Source: a virus
Reading direction: 5' to 3' (one strand)
Length of the DNA: 64,000 nucleotides
Virus record (IMG/VR): IMGVR_UViG_3300025695_000006
Location: 16,331-80,330 of that record
Below, piece by piece: positions 10,428 to 20,245 of the stretch (the first letter of the stretch is position 1; each line of letters opens with the position of its first letter). A program made the position numbers and the translations under genes. Below the pieces are notes generated by a model that was not told the DNA's origin, did no database searches, and saw nothing but the letters and a program-made list of their open reading frames with translations.

Positions 10428-13136
10428 TTAACTTAAATTATTTATCATTTGTTGTAGTACCATTTTAGATGACATAATAACGGTGTCATCAACGGTTTTA
10501 CTGTCTACTGACAAGTTATTATATTTATTTAGTATCCTACCACTTAATACTATATTAACTTTTCTGTGTCCGCTAGCATTAAATCCGTTAGACAAACTGT
10601 TAATATAGTTTAGTGCGTCACCTTTTTTACCTTTATAGGCAGAGCCGTCTGGTCTAATGACAAGATCTTGGGCTGTTTCTACCGAATAATCCTTCTGCGA
10701 ATCTATACCAGCATTTACTGCGTCTAGAGCCATACTCCCTGCTGTACCTGCTCCTGGTAATGTGGATAATACACCAGAAGCTAAAGCCATACCTGCTTGA
10801 CCAAAGTTACCCTCTATAGCATAACTAAAGGTATCCCAAAGGCCTATAGCAAGACCTACTAATGGTATTCTTTTAGCTATATTTTTAGCACCCGTTTTTG
10901 CTAATGATTTACTAATTTTTTTACCAGAAGCTCTAACCCCTGCTCCGACCGCGTTAGATGTCAAGTCTGCCTCACCATATAATTCGTTGTGTTTTTCTAT
11001 AGTTTTTTTAAGTGTTTCTAAATTGTTTTCATAAAACTTGGTACCTTTTGATTTTTCTAGACCTTTTTTTTGTAGCTCTACACCACCCTTCATTAAACTT
11101 CTACTTTTAACCGCACCTTTCGTACCTTTCTCTATACCTATACCTAATTTCTGTATGGCTATACCTGAGTAATACTCTAAGGGTCCTACTAGGTATTTAA
11201 TTAAATTATCGGTTATAATATCTTTACTATCTATTAATATTTTTGAAAACCCTTTATCTGGGTCTTGCCATACCATGATTAAATCAGTTATGATAGAATT
11301 AAAAGTTTTTAGTATATCTCTTACCGTTGAACCGAGTTCGTTAGAAAAACCATCGTTAATGAATTTAATCATTTCTGATGATATAGCTTTAACTGTTTTG
11401 TCTAGGTTATTTATAGTATCGTTTTCTGTGAAGTGTCTGTTTAACGCAACGAATATTTTGGAGAACCCTATCATAAACCTATCCGATGCTATACCTATCC
11501 TTTCCGATAAGTTTTTCCTCATTAAGGCCGATTCTTTGTTTACCCTGTCCTGGTTTATGGTTTTTAATATACTTACATTACTAGGTATTTCTGATAATTT
11601 TTTTGTCATTCCGTTAGATAATCTCATACTGTAAGATCCGTCCTCGTTTAAAGTCATTAGATTTTTAAGTAATTCAGCTTTGTCTTCACCTATATTAAGT
11701 TCTAATATACCTCTATTCTCTAGAGCTTTTAGTTTATCTAGGTCCTTACCTTGTTCTATCGCAACATTAAATAATTCTTCTGAGTCGTGTCCTAATATAC
11801 TAGCCATATTTCTTATGATCTCACGATCTTCTGGAGCTATATCGAAACCGTTTTTACCTTTAAACGCTTTACCTTTTAATGATTCTATAAGGTCTGCGGT
11901 TAATTGTTCTGGTTCTAATATACTTTTAGCCATTAAAGTAAAGGGGTGCCCAAAATAAAACCCGAATTTACCACCTAGTAGTCTAGCTTTAGCTGCTATA
12001 TCTACAGCTATTTCTGGGTTTCTAAACGCATCAGCAAAATTTTTAACCGAATTACCCACGTCTAACCTCATTTTTTCGGCTTTTAATACTAAGCTGGTCA
12101 TTCCTTTAAGTCCTATACTTATACCAAAACCAGTTAACGCTACTGTTGTTTTATCTATACTTTTTAATACCTTTGATTGGTTTAGGTTTAAGCTCATAGC
12201 TTTACCTCTAACGTATTTAGTAAAATCTAAAGTTTCATCTAATGAATAACCTAAGTTGTTAAAATTACCAACTAGTTCAGCAGCACCTTCTGCACCTAGT
12301 GACGTACCTAAACCTAGTTCTAATATACTTTCGTACTCTTTACCAGTAAATAACCTATTTCTGTTAGTTACGTCACTAAATTTAGTAAAAACTTTACCTA
12401 TATCTTCCAGGCTACCACCAACATTTAAAACGTTTAGCATGATTGAAGGTAGGTCTTCTAACATTTTTTTTGACTCGGAGGCTATTAACCCAGAATCAGC
12501 AGCTATATTACCAGATAAACTTTGTATCTTTAAGAAAAAATTATAAGCTCCTTTAATAAGATTAAGTCTAGCCATACCTAATTTCTTAAGTATATCCTTA
12601 GTAACACCAAATATAGCTTTTGCGGCACCTACTATTGCTTCACCTGCCACCATAGCTATAATAACTAGTGGGTGACCTCCTTTTAATGATTTACCTATAC
12701 CACCAGCAGATTTAGCTGTCTCTTTAGCTATTTTTTCATCAACCTCGTTAAGTTCTTTTGTAGTCTCTAGCTCAGTCCTTCTTTTTTTTAATAATTTAGC
12801 TAAATCTTTATCACCTTTTTTATTAGCTTCTTTTTCTTCTTCTCTGTAATCGCTTATTTTTTTAGTTAACTCGGATTGCTCTTTTTTGTACCTATTTTTT
12901 TTCTCACGTTCTTTTGATAAATTTTTATAAACCTTTTTAAAGTATTTAAGTAAAGTCTCCTCTTTTAAGTCAAGTTTGTAATATTCTTTCCTTCTGTTAA
13001 CTGAATCTATAGCATCATCCAACGAATCTTTTAAAAAGTTGTTTCTAGTGTAATTACTTATACTACCTTTTTTATTTAGTTCGTTTATTCTCTCTTGAGC
13101 TTTTACAAAAGCTGATGTTATATCTCCTTGAGCCAT
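10428..13136 (-). CDS. Tail tape measure protein (paralog 1)
   Basis: 902 aa; same MAQGD start and colinear similarity to 7600..10365 (NRLF, LGYS, AFxxPExAVxxAAKxxxLGG); C-terminal RIPLVGLAIG amphipathic block. Confidence 0.75.
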   Translation of the reverse strand: MAQGDITSAFVKAQERINELNKKGSISNYTRNNFLKDSLDDAIDSVNRRKEYYKLDLKEETLLKYFKKVYKNLSKEREKKNRYKKEQSELTKKISDYREEEKEANKKGDKDLAKLLKKRRTELETTKELNEVDEKIAKETAKSAGGIGKSLKGGHPLVIIAMVAGEAIVGAAKAIFGVTKDILKKLGMARLNLIKGAYNFFLKIQSLSGNIAADSGLIASESKKMLEDLPSIMLNVLNVGGSLEDIGKVFTKFSDVTNRNRLFTGKEYESILELGLGTSLGAEGAAELVGNFNNLGYSLDETLDFTKYVRGKAMSLNLNQSKVLKSIDKTTVALTGFGISIGLKGMTSLVLKAEKMRLDVGNSVKNFADAFRNPEIAVDIAAKARLLGGKFGFYFGHPFTLMAKSILEPEQLTADLIESLKGKAFKGKNGFDIAPEDREIIRNMASILGHDSEELFNVAIEQGKDLDKLKALENRGILELNIGEDKAELLKNLMTLNEDGSYSMRLSNGMTKKLSEIPSNVSILKTINQDRVNKESALMRKNLSERIGIASDRFMIGFSKIFVALNRHFTENDTINNLDKTVKAISSEMIKFINDGFSNELGSTVRDILKTFNSIITDLIMVWQDPDKGFSKILIDSKDIITDNLIKYLVGPLEYYSGIAIQKLGIGIEKGTKGAVKSRSLMKGGVELQKKGLEKSKGTKFYENNLETLKKTIEKHNELYGEADLTSNAVGAGVRASGKKISKSLAKTGAKNIAKRIPLVGLAIGLWDTFSYAIEGNFGQAGMALASGVLSTLPGAGTAGSMALDAVNAGIDSQKDYSVETAQDLVIRPDGSAYKGKKGDALNYINSLSNGFNASGHRKVNIVLSGRILNKYNNLSVDSKTVDDTVIMSSKMVLQQMINNLS

Positions 13137-13144
13137 TTAATTAA

Positions 13145-13813
13145 TTAATTAAAATTAAATATTAGTTTTTTACCCGATACATCTGGTTTTACAGAAAACT
13201 GTATCGCATCAATCAAGGCTTTTAAATTATCCCCTTTAGCGATTAGTTTGTAGAACGTGTCTAGTGATACGCCGTCTAAGAAACTATATGTTATACTCTT
13301 AACTTTTTTAGTATCTCTTTCCACTATAGCTTCAATACTTTTGTTAGTAGATACTATTTTAGCGTACTTTTCATCTTTGAAACTATCATCAATATTAACT
13401 TCTAATCTAAACCTATTACTTAGTAGTGGTTTAAGGTTCGTTAATTTATCTGATTGATTTTTTTTAAGGTAATCGTAATTAGAACCAAGGTCTACACCTA
13501 TCTTAGGTATTTTAACACTTTTTATAACACCTTCTTTTTGTAGATAAAATAGTAAAGAGAATACTATAGTAGTTAATTTATTTAATTCAACTAAATCATC
13601 ATTATCTAAAAAATATCGATACTGATAATGATGCCCTAAATAATTCTTCATAGCGTCATCCGTATTTTTATTAGCTCTAGACGCCATGGCTGAAGATACT
13701 TCTGCGTCAGCATTAGATAAGAAATCATCGAAATTCTTTGGTTTATCATTAGATTCGTTTAATTCTTTCAGTATTAAACTAACTTGCGATTCCGTTAAAA
13801 TATATTTCTTCAT
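13145..13813 (-). CDS. Hypothetical late protein
   Basis: 222-aa ORF with its own TATTTATA motif (13826-13833); N-terminus MKKYILTESQVSLILKELNES. Confidence 0.7.
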   Translation of the reverse strand: MKKYILTESQVSLILKELNESNDKPKNFDDFLSNADAEVSSAMASRANKNTDDAMKNYLGHHYQYRYFLDNDDLVELNKLTTIVFSLLFYLQKEGVIKSVKIPKIGVDLGSNYDYLKKNQSDKLTNLKPLLSNRFRLEVNIDDSFKDEKYAKIVSTNKSIEAIVERDTKKVKSITYSFLDGVSLDTFYKLIAKGDNLKALIDAIQFSVKPDVSGKKLIFNFN

Positions 13814-13843
13814 AATTCTTTTATTTATAAATACCTTTAAAAC

Positions 13844-13874
13844 AAAAAACCCACGATTAAGTGGGTTTTTTTTT
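13844..13874. terminator. Bidirectional intrinsic terminator
   Basis: A6-CCCAC-gattaa-GTGGG-T9, immediately after the stop of 13873..14121. Confidence 0.8.
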
Positions 13875-14121
13875 AATTTCTTTTAGATTTAGATTTTTGT
13901 ATCTCTCTTTCTCTAGATTCTTTAATTTTGTCGTTCTCTTCCATTAGTATTTCAATAAACTTTCTTCTCTCGAATACTGGCATAGTAATAACGTCACGGT
14001 ATGTAAAATTCCCGTGTTTAACTAACACATAGGATTCGTACATCATTTGAGATCTATAATCAAACGTAAGGCCAAAGAAATTTGGATGTAATGGGAAGTT
14101 CACCAAAAAAAAACTCTCCAC
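13873..14121 (-). CDS. Small tail/baseplate assembly protein (T4 gp51-like or GT-type frameshift extension)
   Basis: Overlaps the 3' end of 14060..14818 in the +1 frame; YVLVKHGNFTYRDVITMPVFERRKFI resembles gp51-like chaperones. Start uncertain (GTG, internal ATG, or frameshift). Confidence 0.6.
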   Translation of the reverse strand: MESFFLVNFPLHPNFFGLTFDYRSQMMYESYVLVKHGNFTYRDVITMPVFERRKFIEILMEENDKIKESREREIQKSKSKRN

Positions 14122-14818
14122 TTGGAGCTTGTATATTAATCGTTAAGTCTAGCCCAGGTTCGTTGTCGTTTAGGTACTTTCTGAATTTCGAGGAATCCAT
14201 TGGAGACATAGCGTCTACGAATTGAACAATAGCTGCTTTATCCCTAATCCCATCAACTTCTGTTATTTGATTTTGTAATCTAAGTGTCATTACTTGTGAT
14301 ATAGCGCTTGAACCTAGTTTCTTACTTCTAATCTGATCGTCTTTAATCAACTTCTCATCTTCATAAGCAGTTAGGAATTTAAATTTTACGGTTTTACCAG
14401 ATTTTGGTAGTAAGAAAGAACACTCGCCGTTATCATCAGGAGTTAAATCAACTTCTTTTATAGGAAACTGACTAATATCAATATCCTCTACAAAAGTCTC
14501 ATCTGTTTTAGGGTCTGTTAATTCTACTGGGTATATCTCACCATAACCAGTAGACCTAAGGAAGAAAATAATAGCGTTTCTATCTCCAGGTAATAAATCC
14601 CCAGCCTTAATGTCTTTGTCTAAGATTTTTTTCTCTAATAATACATCTAACACTTTACCGCTCTGTAATAAGTTTGGTGATGTTAATATGTTTTCGTCTG
14701 AAGCTGTCATGTAAGCAACTTTAACGGTGTCTTTCTTGTTTTTGTAAAACAACCCTTTTGAAGGTAATGTAATTACATCATGTGCTGGTTCAAAGTATAC
14801 TTGTTCCGAATTTTCCAT
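14060..14818 (-). CDS. Baseplate hub assembly / tail assembly chaperone (T4 gp26-like)
   Basis: ITLPSKGLFY..VKVAYMTASDENIL..GDRNAIIFFLRSTGYG..LPKSGKTVKFKFLT..FLWP; between tube and tape-measure genes. Confidence 0.75.
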   Translation of the reverse strand: MENSEQVYFEPAHDVITLPSKGLFYKNKKDTVKVAYMTASDENILTSPNLLQSGKVLDVLLEKKILDKDIKAGDLLPGDRNAIIFFLRSTGYGEIYPVELTDPKTDETFVEDIDISQFPIKEVDLTPDDNGECSFLLPKSGKTVKFKFLTAYEDEKLIKDDQIRSKKLGSSAISQVMTLRLQNQITEVDGIRDKAAIVQFVDAMSPMDSSKFRKYLNDNEPGLDLTINIQAPSGEFFFGELPITSKFLWPYV

Positions 14819-14910
14819 AATTTTATTTAAATGTGTTTTATTAATGTTTTTATAAATACTGTATATTTTTTTTTCTTAAAATACTAGTATTTACTTAAAA
14901 GTAACACTAT

Positions 14911-15324
14911 ATGGCTAAAAAGAAAGTTAAAAAGAAAAATAAAATGAGGTCTGTTAGAAAAAAAATGAATGGTACTTCTAAACTAGAGACTTCTTTTGCT
15001 GAAATATTGGAATCTTTAGACATAAAATTTAAACAACATTATATGTTTAAGGATAGGGAATTTGATTTTTTACTTACGGACCATAATATTATAGTTGAAA
15101 CTCACGGTTGTTTCTACCATTGTTGTAAAGCACATAACCCAGAGGCTAAATATAGTTTTCAGAGGTCTAATTTAAAAAACGATAAACACAAGGTTAAGCT
15201 AGTCAAGTTTGATCACAACTATACTTTACTGGTTGTTTGGGAACATGAAATGAGTGAGAATAAGTTGTTAGTTGAGCGGGTTAATAAATTTATTACCAAA
15301 CACAGTAAGTTACTAAACGATTGA
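14911..15324 (+). CDS. Vsr/DUF559-like PD-(D/E)xK endonuclease
   Basis: TSKLE..FDFLL..IIVETHGCFYH..NDKHK..YTLLVVWEHE pattern; inverted relative to the tail operon. Confidence 0.75.
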   Translation: MAKKKVKKKNKMRSVRKKMNGTSKLETSFAEILESLDIKFKQHYMFKDREFDFLLTDHNIIVETHGCFYHCCKAHNPEAKYSFQRSNLKNDKHKVKLVKFDHNYTLLVVWEHEMSENKLLVERVNKFITKHSKLLND

Positions 15325-15328
15325 GAAT

Positions 15329-15360
15329 AAAAAAAAGGGGATATGATATACACACCCCCC
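15329..15360 (-). terminator. Intrinsic terminator after tail tube gene
   Basis: Minus strand GGGGGUGUG-loop-CAUAUCCCC (with G-U pairs) followed by a U-tract. Confidence 0.75.
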
Positions 15361-15386
15361 TTATATTAATGATAATAGTTTTTTTA

Positions 15387-15875
15387 TTAGTAAACTAATA
15401 TACAACGATCCATTCTTAATGTTGCAGATATATCTGCGATCTCATCGTCGCTATATTCTAGAGAACCGAAATCAACGTTAGTTAAGAAAGTTCCTTGAAG
15501 AATCCATTTCTCAACAACAACACCAGTTGGGTCTAACATTTCTAATTCTATATCTTTTTTATAACCTGCGGCATAACCCATACGTCCTGTTACAGATTCA
15601 GCGTGTAAACGAACCCACTCCATCAATGCTTGAGCAGCTGAAGGTCCAATAGGGTCTTTAAATGTAACATCAATAGACTCCCAGTTAAATCTACCAGCAA
15701 CATATGTTGATGTATTTAAAAAAGGTATTTCTACTTCGTTTATTGTAACCTTTGGTCTAGATGTAGAGATCACAAACCACTCGTTAATACCTAGTGAACT
15801 TGGAAATCTTAAAATAAATCTGTTCTTCTTCTTTGGTTCGTAAGGAACAGGCATTTTCATTAATAAGTTAGCCAT
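15387..15875 (-). CDS. Tail tube protein (T4 gp19-like)
   Basis: 162 aa; EPKKKNRFILRF..RPKVTINEVEIPFLN..YVAGRFNWESI..YKKDIELEMLDPTG..W.LQG.F; follows the sheath gene. Confidence 0.9.
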   Translation of the reverse strand: MANLLMKMPVPYEPKKKNRFILRFPSSLGINEWFVISTSRPKVTINEVEIPFLNTSTYVAGRFNWESIDVTFKDPIGPSAAQALMEWVRLHAESVTGRMGYAAGYKKDIELEMLDPTGVVVEKWILQGTFLTNVDFGSLEYSDDEIADISATLRMDRCILVY

Positions 15876-16081
15876 ATTTTATATATTTAGTTTTTAATTA
15901 TTCTTTCTTATAAATACCCTCACTTTTACCTTTGTACACCTTATTTTAAAAAAAAGTTAATATAATTAACTATATTTGTAAAAGTGTAACGATATAGTGA
16001 TCGCGTACTGTTTTATTATAAATAGTCTAAAGACCATTTTTATCAAAATAATGGTTAAATAAAAAATAATTCACCAATAAC

Positions 16082-16112
16082 TTGACTTTTTGGTTTGAGA
16101 TCCTTATTTTTG
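16082..16112 (+). promoter_or_regulatory. Bacteroidota sigma-A-type promoter pointing into the AT-rich repeat, with no downstream ORF
   Basis: TTG (16082-84), 20-nt spacer, TATTTTTG (16105-12), matching TTG-N19-21-TAnnTTTG. Confidence 0.5.
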
Positions 16113-16140
16113 ATAAGGCTATTATCCCAACCCCCATTAT

Positions 16141-16260
16141 AATTAATATATATATAGTACATATTATAATAATATAATAATATAATAATATAATAATATA
16201 TTGTACTATAATAATATATATAATATATGTACTATAATAATATATGTACTATAATAATAC
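16141..16260. repeat. Near-pure AT tract with tandem TATAATAA units and three TGTACTATAATAATA iterations
   Basis: Direct reading; TGTACTATAATAATA at ~16202, 16228 and 16245. Confidence 0.9.
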
Positions 16261-16292
16261 AAAAAAAAGAAGGGTAACTTAATACCCTTCTT
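16261..16292 (-). terminator. Intrinsic terminator after tail sheath gene
   Basis: GAAGGGTA-acttaa-TACCCTTC stem; the adjacent A8 is the U-tract on the minus strand. Confidence 0.8.
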
Positions 16293-16308
16293 AATACATT
16301 ATTTATTT

Positions 16309-19300
16309 TTAGATGTTATCAAAAGATACGTTCTGAGGAGTAACTGTGAACTCAAGCTCTATGAACTCTAACGTTGGTGTGGGTTTGATAAATATCTTAC
16401 CTCTCAACGTATTTCTATCTCCATCTTCAATATCCATTTCAACTGAAACTCTAAAGTCTGTTAAACCTCTTTCTTTTCTTATGTTATCCAATATAGGGTT
16501 AACTAATGATAAGAATTGATTTCTAACCGTAGTATCATTCGGATCAAATAATAATCTTTTAGATACACTCATTATTAATCTTCTAGCTTGTAATAACAAT
16601 CTTCTAATGTTAAGTCTATCAAGAGCACTTGATTTAATCTGTAAGTTTCTGTTACCCCAGATAACAACTCCAACGTCTGAATATGTTGCTAATGGGTTAA
16701 TTCTACCTGGGTAAAGTACATCTCTAGACTCTTGATCTAGCGCTATACGAGCTCTATTACATTTAACCAGACCTCTGTTATAACCAGCTGTCGCAAACCA
16801 TGGGAAAGAAACGTTATCAGTGTAAGCTAAATTCCTAACTACTTCAGCGGTAGGTGGTATAAATAAATTAGCGTTATTAGTCGTGTCGTTAATTTGAATC
16901 CATGGGTAATATAGAGCAGTGTAACTAGAATCTATTTCAGTACCTTCAAGTTCATCAACAATATCCTCAGCGTAATACCAGTTTTCTGAATCAGAAGGGT
17001 TACTGTTATTCAATAACTTTATATCTGGTAAAGTAGGTAAGTAGATAGTGTCTAATCTTTTCTCTTCAACAATCTCGATAGCATCTCTTACCAAATCAGT
17101 GTTATTCAACACATCAATACCAGGGGTAGTTAATATGTTTATAGCTATTTCCTCAGGATTCTGCATACTTCTCAATCCGTATAGAGTAGAGTAGTAATCA
17201 GAAGTACCAAACAATTCAGCGTACTCCACATTTGTGAATGTATCGAAAGAACTATTAACGAAACCAGTTCTACCTATTTTATAATCATCTGTATTAGTTC
17301 TATTAACTCTATAAGCATCCCAACCATCAAAACCACCTGAAAATAAACAAGTGAATTTTCTAGTTCTCATACTGTTATAAGGGTGGGTTGTAGTACCATC
17401 AACGATAGTAGCATCGTTAAAAGTCCCAACACCTACAGCAAATACCTCTTCATTTGTCATAGAGTCAATAATAGCCGAAGCGTTAGTATCCATATGGAAA
17501 CCTTTAGTTTTTGTTATATAATCATCACCAGTATTGTAAGCGTTATCACCTAAAATACTTTTCTTACCTTTGAATAGTAATAAATCTTTATCATAACCAA
17601 ATTGACTAGAAAAGCCTAGGTAGTGTTTACGAACAACATCTCCAGAAGAAATTGTAGCGTTATCAAAAGGTGGGTCAAAAACAACATCACCAGGTGAATA
17701 ATACTCTAACTTGTAAGGTACTTCAGGTACAGAAAGAGAACCTAAGTCATCAACTCTAAATTCATAACCTTCGAAACCAGAAGCAACACCATCGCTAGGT
17801 GCGTTATCTGCCATTTCTAAAATAACATAACTACTCTTTAAAGGGTATTTATTATCGATAGTACCTATTTTTCTACCTATGTAATTATCTAAAGACTCGT
17901 CCATTGTACAATCAACAAATTTCTCTAGAATAACAGGAGACTTATCACTATCATTAAAAGATCTAATATATAAATCGAAAGTTCTTTTAGATAGATCTAC
18001 ATTAGCGATAGATAATTTTATTTCATAATTAGCGTTAGTACCGTCAGATATAGAAATTAATCTAAACATTCTTTGTGGTAAACCACCTCGTAATTCAGAT
18101 ACAATAAAAGGTGTTACTGGAGATTGAAATTGGAATTTATAATGATCCCAGCTATTCTCAGAAACTAACTCAGTGTGTAAACCTTTTATCTTACCGTTTA
18201 ATCTACCCATTTTTAAAGAGTTATCATAAACTTCTTCAACAAATATCATAGCGTCACCATCATCAGGTGTAGAACCGATAACCTTCTTAATGTAATTCGC
18301 TTTAGTTTGATCTAAAGATACAGTATAAGAAAAATCGCTACCAGTAGGGTTACCCGTAGTACCAGTTAACTCGAAAGACAAGAAAGGGTTATTAACCATA
18401 TCGTCCTGAGCATTCATACTTAAAGTAGCTGCGTTATATTTAAGTACATCAGAAACATACCCACCTCTACTTCTAATAGTAGCTACAGTTTTATTATGAC
18501 CTTCATTATAAGGTGAAGCACTTAAAACAGTTGTATATAATTCTAATTCACCAGCTATAGTAGTAATACCACTAGGTGTGAAACTATGACAAAATAAACC
18601 AAAACTAGTACCCACATATTCCTCGTTAGAAGAATTATAAACTAATTCGTTATTAAGTATATACGAATCTCTATCACTTACAGGTACAGACGAAGGTAAT
18701 TCGTAAGCATCTATATAAGTAGGTATTACACCATTAACAGTATTAGCATCATTATCTATATCTGTCTCTAATTGAGAGGTTAATAACCCCCAATACATAG
18801 AGTGTTTTTTATCATAAAAACGTGCGTTCTGATAACCACCTATTGTAGTGAAATAACTTTCAAAAGTGGTGGTGAATTCAGTCGCATCAACACCAACAAT
18901 ATCAGATATGTAAGTTAATAAATCTGTATTACCTGAAACACTAGTCGTATAAAAAGAGTTAGTAGCGGTATCAAATTCAAAAGCAATTGATTGTTTAGTG
19001 ACACCAGTAGTTGACAAAGTTGATTCATCAACAGCCCCCATAGTCTTAATACTCCATGCCATACCAGCCTCGTACCCAGACAAACCTAACACTCTAGTTA
19101 CATACAATTGGTTTGATTGAGTTAAATACTGTTTAGCAATATAAGGTAACTCATATTTAACTATTTGTGTGTTTTTAAATTTTTGTGGGTCAGTTCCCCC
19201 AAAAGTTGTTTGAAACTCGTCAAAGTTTCTAATAAACATCGGTTGGAACGCAGGTCCCTTCAACGTTTCACCTACACTACCTAGTGTAGTAACACCAACA

Positions 19301-19371
19301 GTTTCTGTTGTGAAGGATAAGTCTTTTTCGGTTGTGTAAACACCTGGAGATGCATATACTTTATTTGCCAT
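16309..19371 (-). CDS. Contractile tail sheath protein (T4 gp18-like)
   Basis: N-terminal SPGVYTTEKDLS..GETLKGPAFQP; C-terminal PWFATAGYNRG, RDVLYPGRINP, VIWGNRNLQ, ALDRLNIRRLL. Confidence 0.95.
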   Translation of the reverse strand: MANKVYASPGVYTTEKDLSFTTETVGVTTLGSVGETLKGPAFQPMFIRNFDEFQTTFGGTDPQKFKNTQIVKYELPYIAKQYLTQSNQLYVTRVLGLSGYEAGMAWSIKTMGAVDESTLSTTGVTKQSIAFEFDTATNSFYTTSVSGNTDLLTYISDIVGVDATEFTTTFESYFTTIGGYQNARFYDKKHSMYWGLLTSQLETDIDNDANTVNGVIPTYIDAYELPSSVPVSDRDSYILNNELVYNSSNEEYVGTSFGLFCHSFTPSGITTIAGELELYTTVLSASPYNEGHNKTVATIRSRGGYVSDVLKYNAATLSMNAQDDMVNNPFLSFELTGTTGNPTGSDFSYTVSLDQTKANYIKKVIGSTPDDGDAMIFVEEVYDNSLKMGRLNGKIKGLHTELVSENSWDHYKFQFQSPVTPFIVSELRGGLPQRMFRLISISDGTNANYEIKLSIANVDLSKRTFDLYIRSFNDSDKSPVILEKFVDCTMDESLDNYIGRKIGTIDNKYPLKSSYVILEMADNAPSDGVASGFEGYEFRVDDLGSLSVPEVPYKLEYYSPGDVVFDPPFDNATISSGDVVRKHYLGFSSQFGYDKDLLLFKGKKSILGDNAYNTGDDYITKTKGFHMDTNASAIIDSMTNEEVFAVGVGTFNDATIVDGTTTHPYNSMRTRKFTCLFSGGFDGWDAYRVNRTNTDDYKIGRTGFVNSSFDTFTNVEYAELFGTSDYYSTLYGLRSMQNPEEIAINILTTPGIDVLNNTDLVRDAIEIVEEKRLDTIYLPTLPDIKLLNNSNPSDSENWYYAEDIVDELEGTEIDSSYTALYYPWIQINDTTNNANLFIPPTAEVVRNLAYTDNVSFPWFATAGYNRGLVKCNRARIALDQESRDVLYPGRINPLATYSDVGVVIWGNRNLQIKSSALDRLNIRRLLLQARRLIMSVSKRLLFDPNDTTVRNQFLSLVNPILDNIRKERGLTDFRVSVEMDIEDGDRNTLRGKIFIKPTPTLEFIELEFTVTPQNVSFDNI

Positions 19372-19475
19372 ATCTTATAAATTTATTAATCTTTTAATTT
19401 TACTTATTGATAAATATTAAACTTTTTATCAAAAAACCAGAAACTTTCAGCATTTCATAAAAAGTTACTTTATTT

Positions 19476-20243
19476 TTAATTATTTTCTGTTATAGTTATT
19501 GTCCTACTTACTGAAGGAGTTACAATGAAATCTTCTGGATCCAATATGAAACCCTGTAAGTTAAAAGTGTATAATTGAACATAAAATCTTTTATTATTTA
19601 AATCAGTTACTTGACTCTCATCTGATGTATCTTCCAACACAATTGGTATATAATGACCATTAACAGCGGTATAAGCCTGTCTACTTTGAAAATTCTTTAA
19701 AACTATAGCGTTAAACTTATTCAGTTCCTGTTGTCTATATGAGAATATCCTCACAGAATAATTTATATCTACAGGTATAGGTTGAGGTATTTGATACACA
19801 TCAACACCCCTATTATTACCATCCCATGTAGGAACCTCAGCGTAAGTGTAATGTCTACCAGTAGGTATATTATATCTCATAGAAGGGTTGGTACCATACT
19901 TTGTATCAGGACTTCTAACTATATTAATAAAAGGTATTTTAGTGTTTTTATATTCATCAGAAAACTTCCAAGTCTGAGAAAATTCATTCCAAGCCTGTAT
20001 ACCCATCATAAAAACTGGAGTTTTTTCTCCATTAAGTGTTAATGACAATTCATTATTAACGAATTCCTTAAAACCCCTATCTAAATCAATATGTAAAACA
20101 CCTTTAGGTAAATAAGTATCCTTATCAACAATCATATCCTTCATATTCTCAGCCGCACCACTCTGCATAGAGTAAGGGTAAGTAATATTAGAACGATCTC
20201 TCGTTATGTTTATTTTCTTTTTAAAAGAACCAGGTAAAGCCAT
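19476..20243 (-). CDS. Tail terminator / sheath stabilizer (T4 gp15-like)
   Basis: PQPIPVDINYSVRI..ELNKFN..F.LQGFIL; position between neck and sheath genes. Confidence 0.6.
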   Translation of the reverse strand: MALPGSFKKKINITRDRSNITYPYSMQSGAAENMKDMIVDKDTYLPKGVLHIDLDRGFKEFVNNELSLTLNGEKTPVFMMGIQAWNEFSQTWKFSDEYKNTKIPFINIVRSPDTKYGTNPSMRYNIPTGRHYTYAEVPTWDGNNRGVDVYQIPQPIPVDINYSVRIFSYRQQELNKFNAIVLKNFQSRQAYTAVNGHYIPIVLEDTSDESQVTDLNNKRFYVQLYTFNLQGFILDPEDFIVTPSVSRTITITENN

Positions 20244-20245
20244 AA

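Noticed and set aside
16141-16260. CRISPR array
   Set aside because: Repeats are short, AT-only and abutting, with no unique spacers; no cas genes in the window.
15387-19371. Bacterial contractile injection system / tailocin
   Set aside because: Terminase, portal, protease, scaffold, capsid and DNA polymerase are present, so this is a phage.
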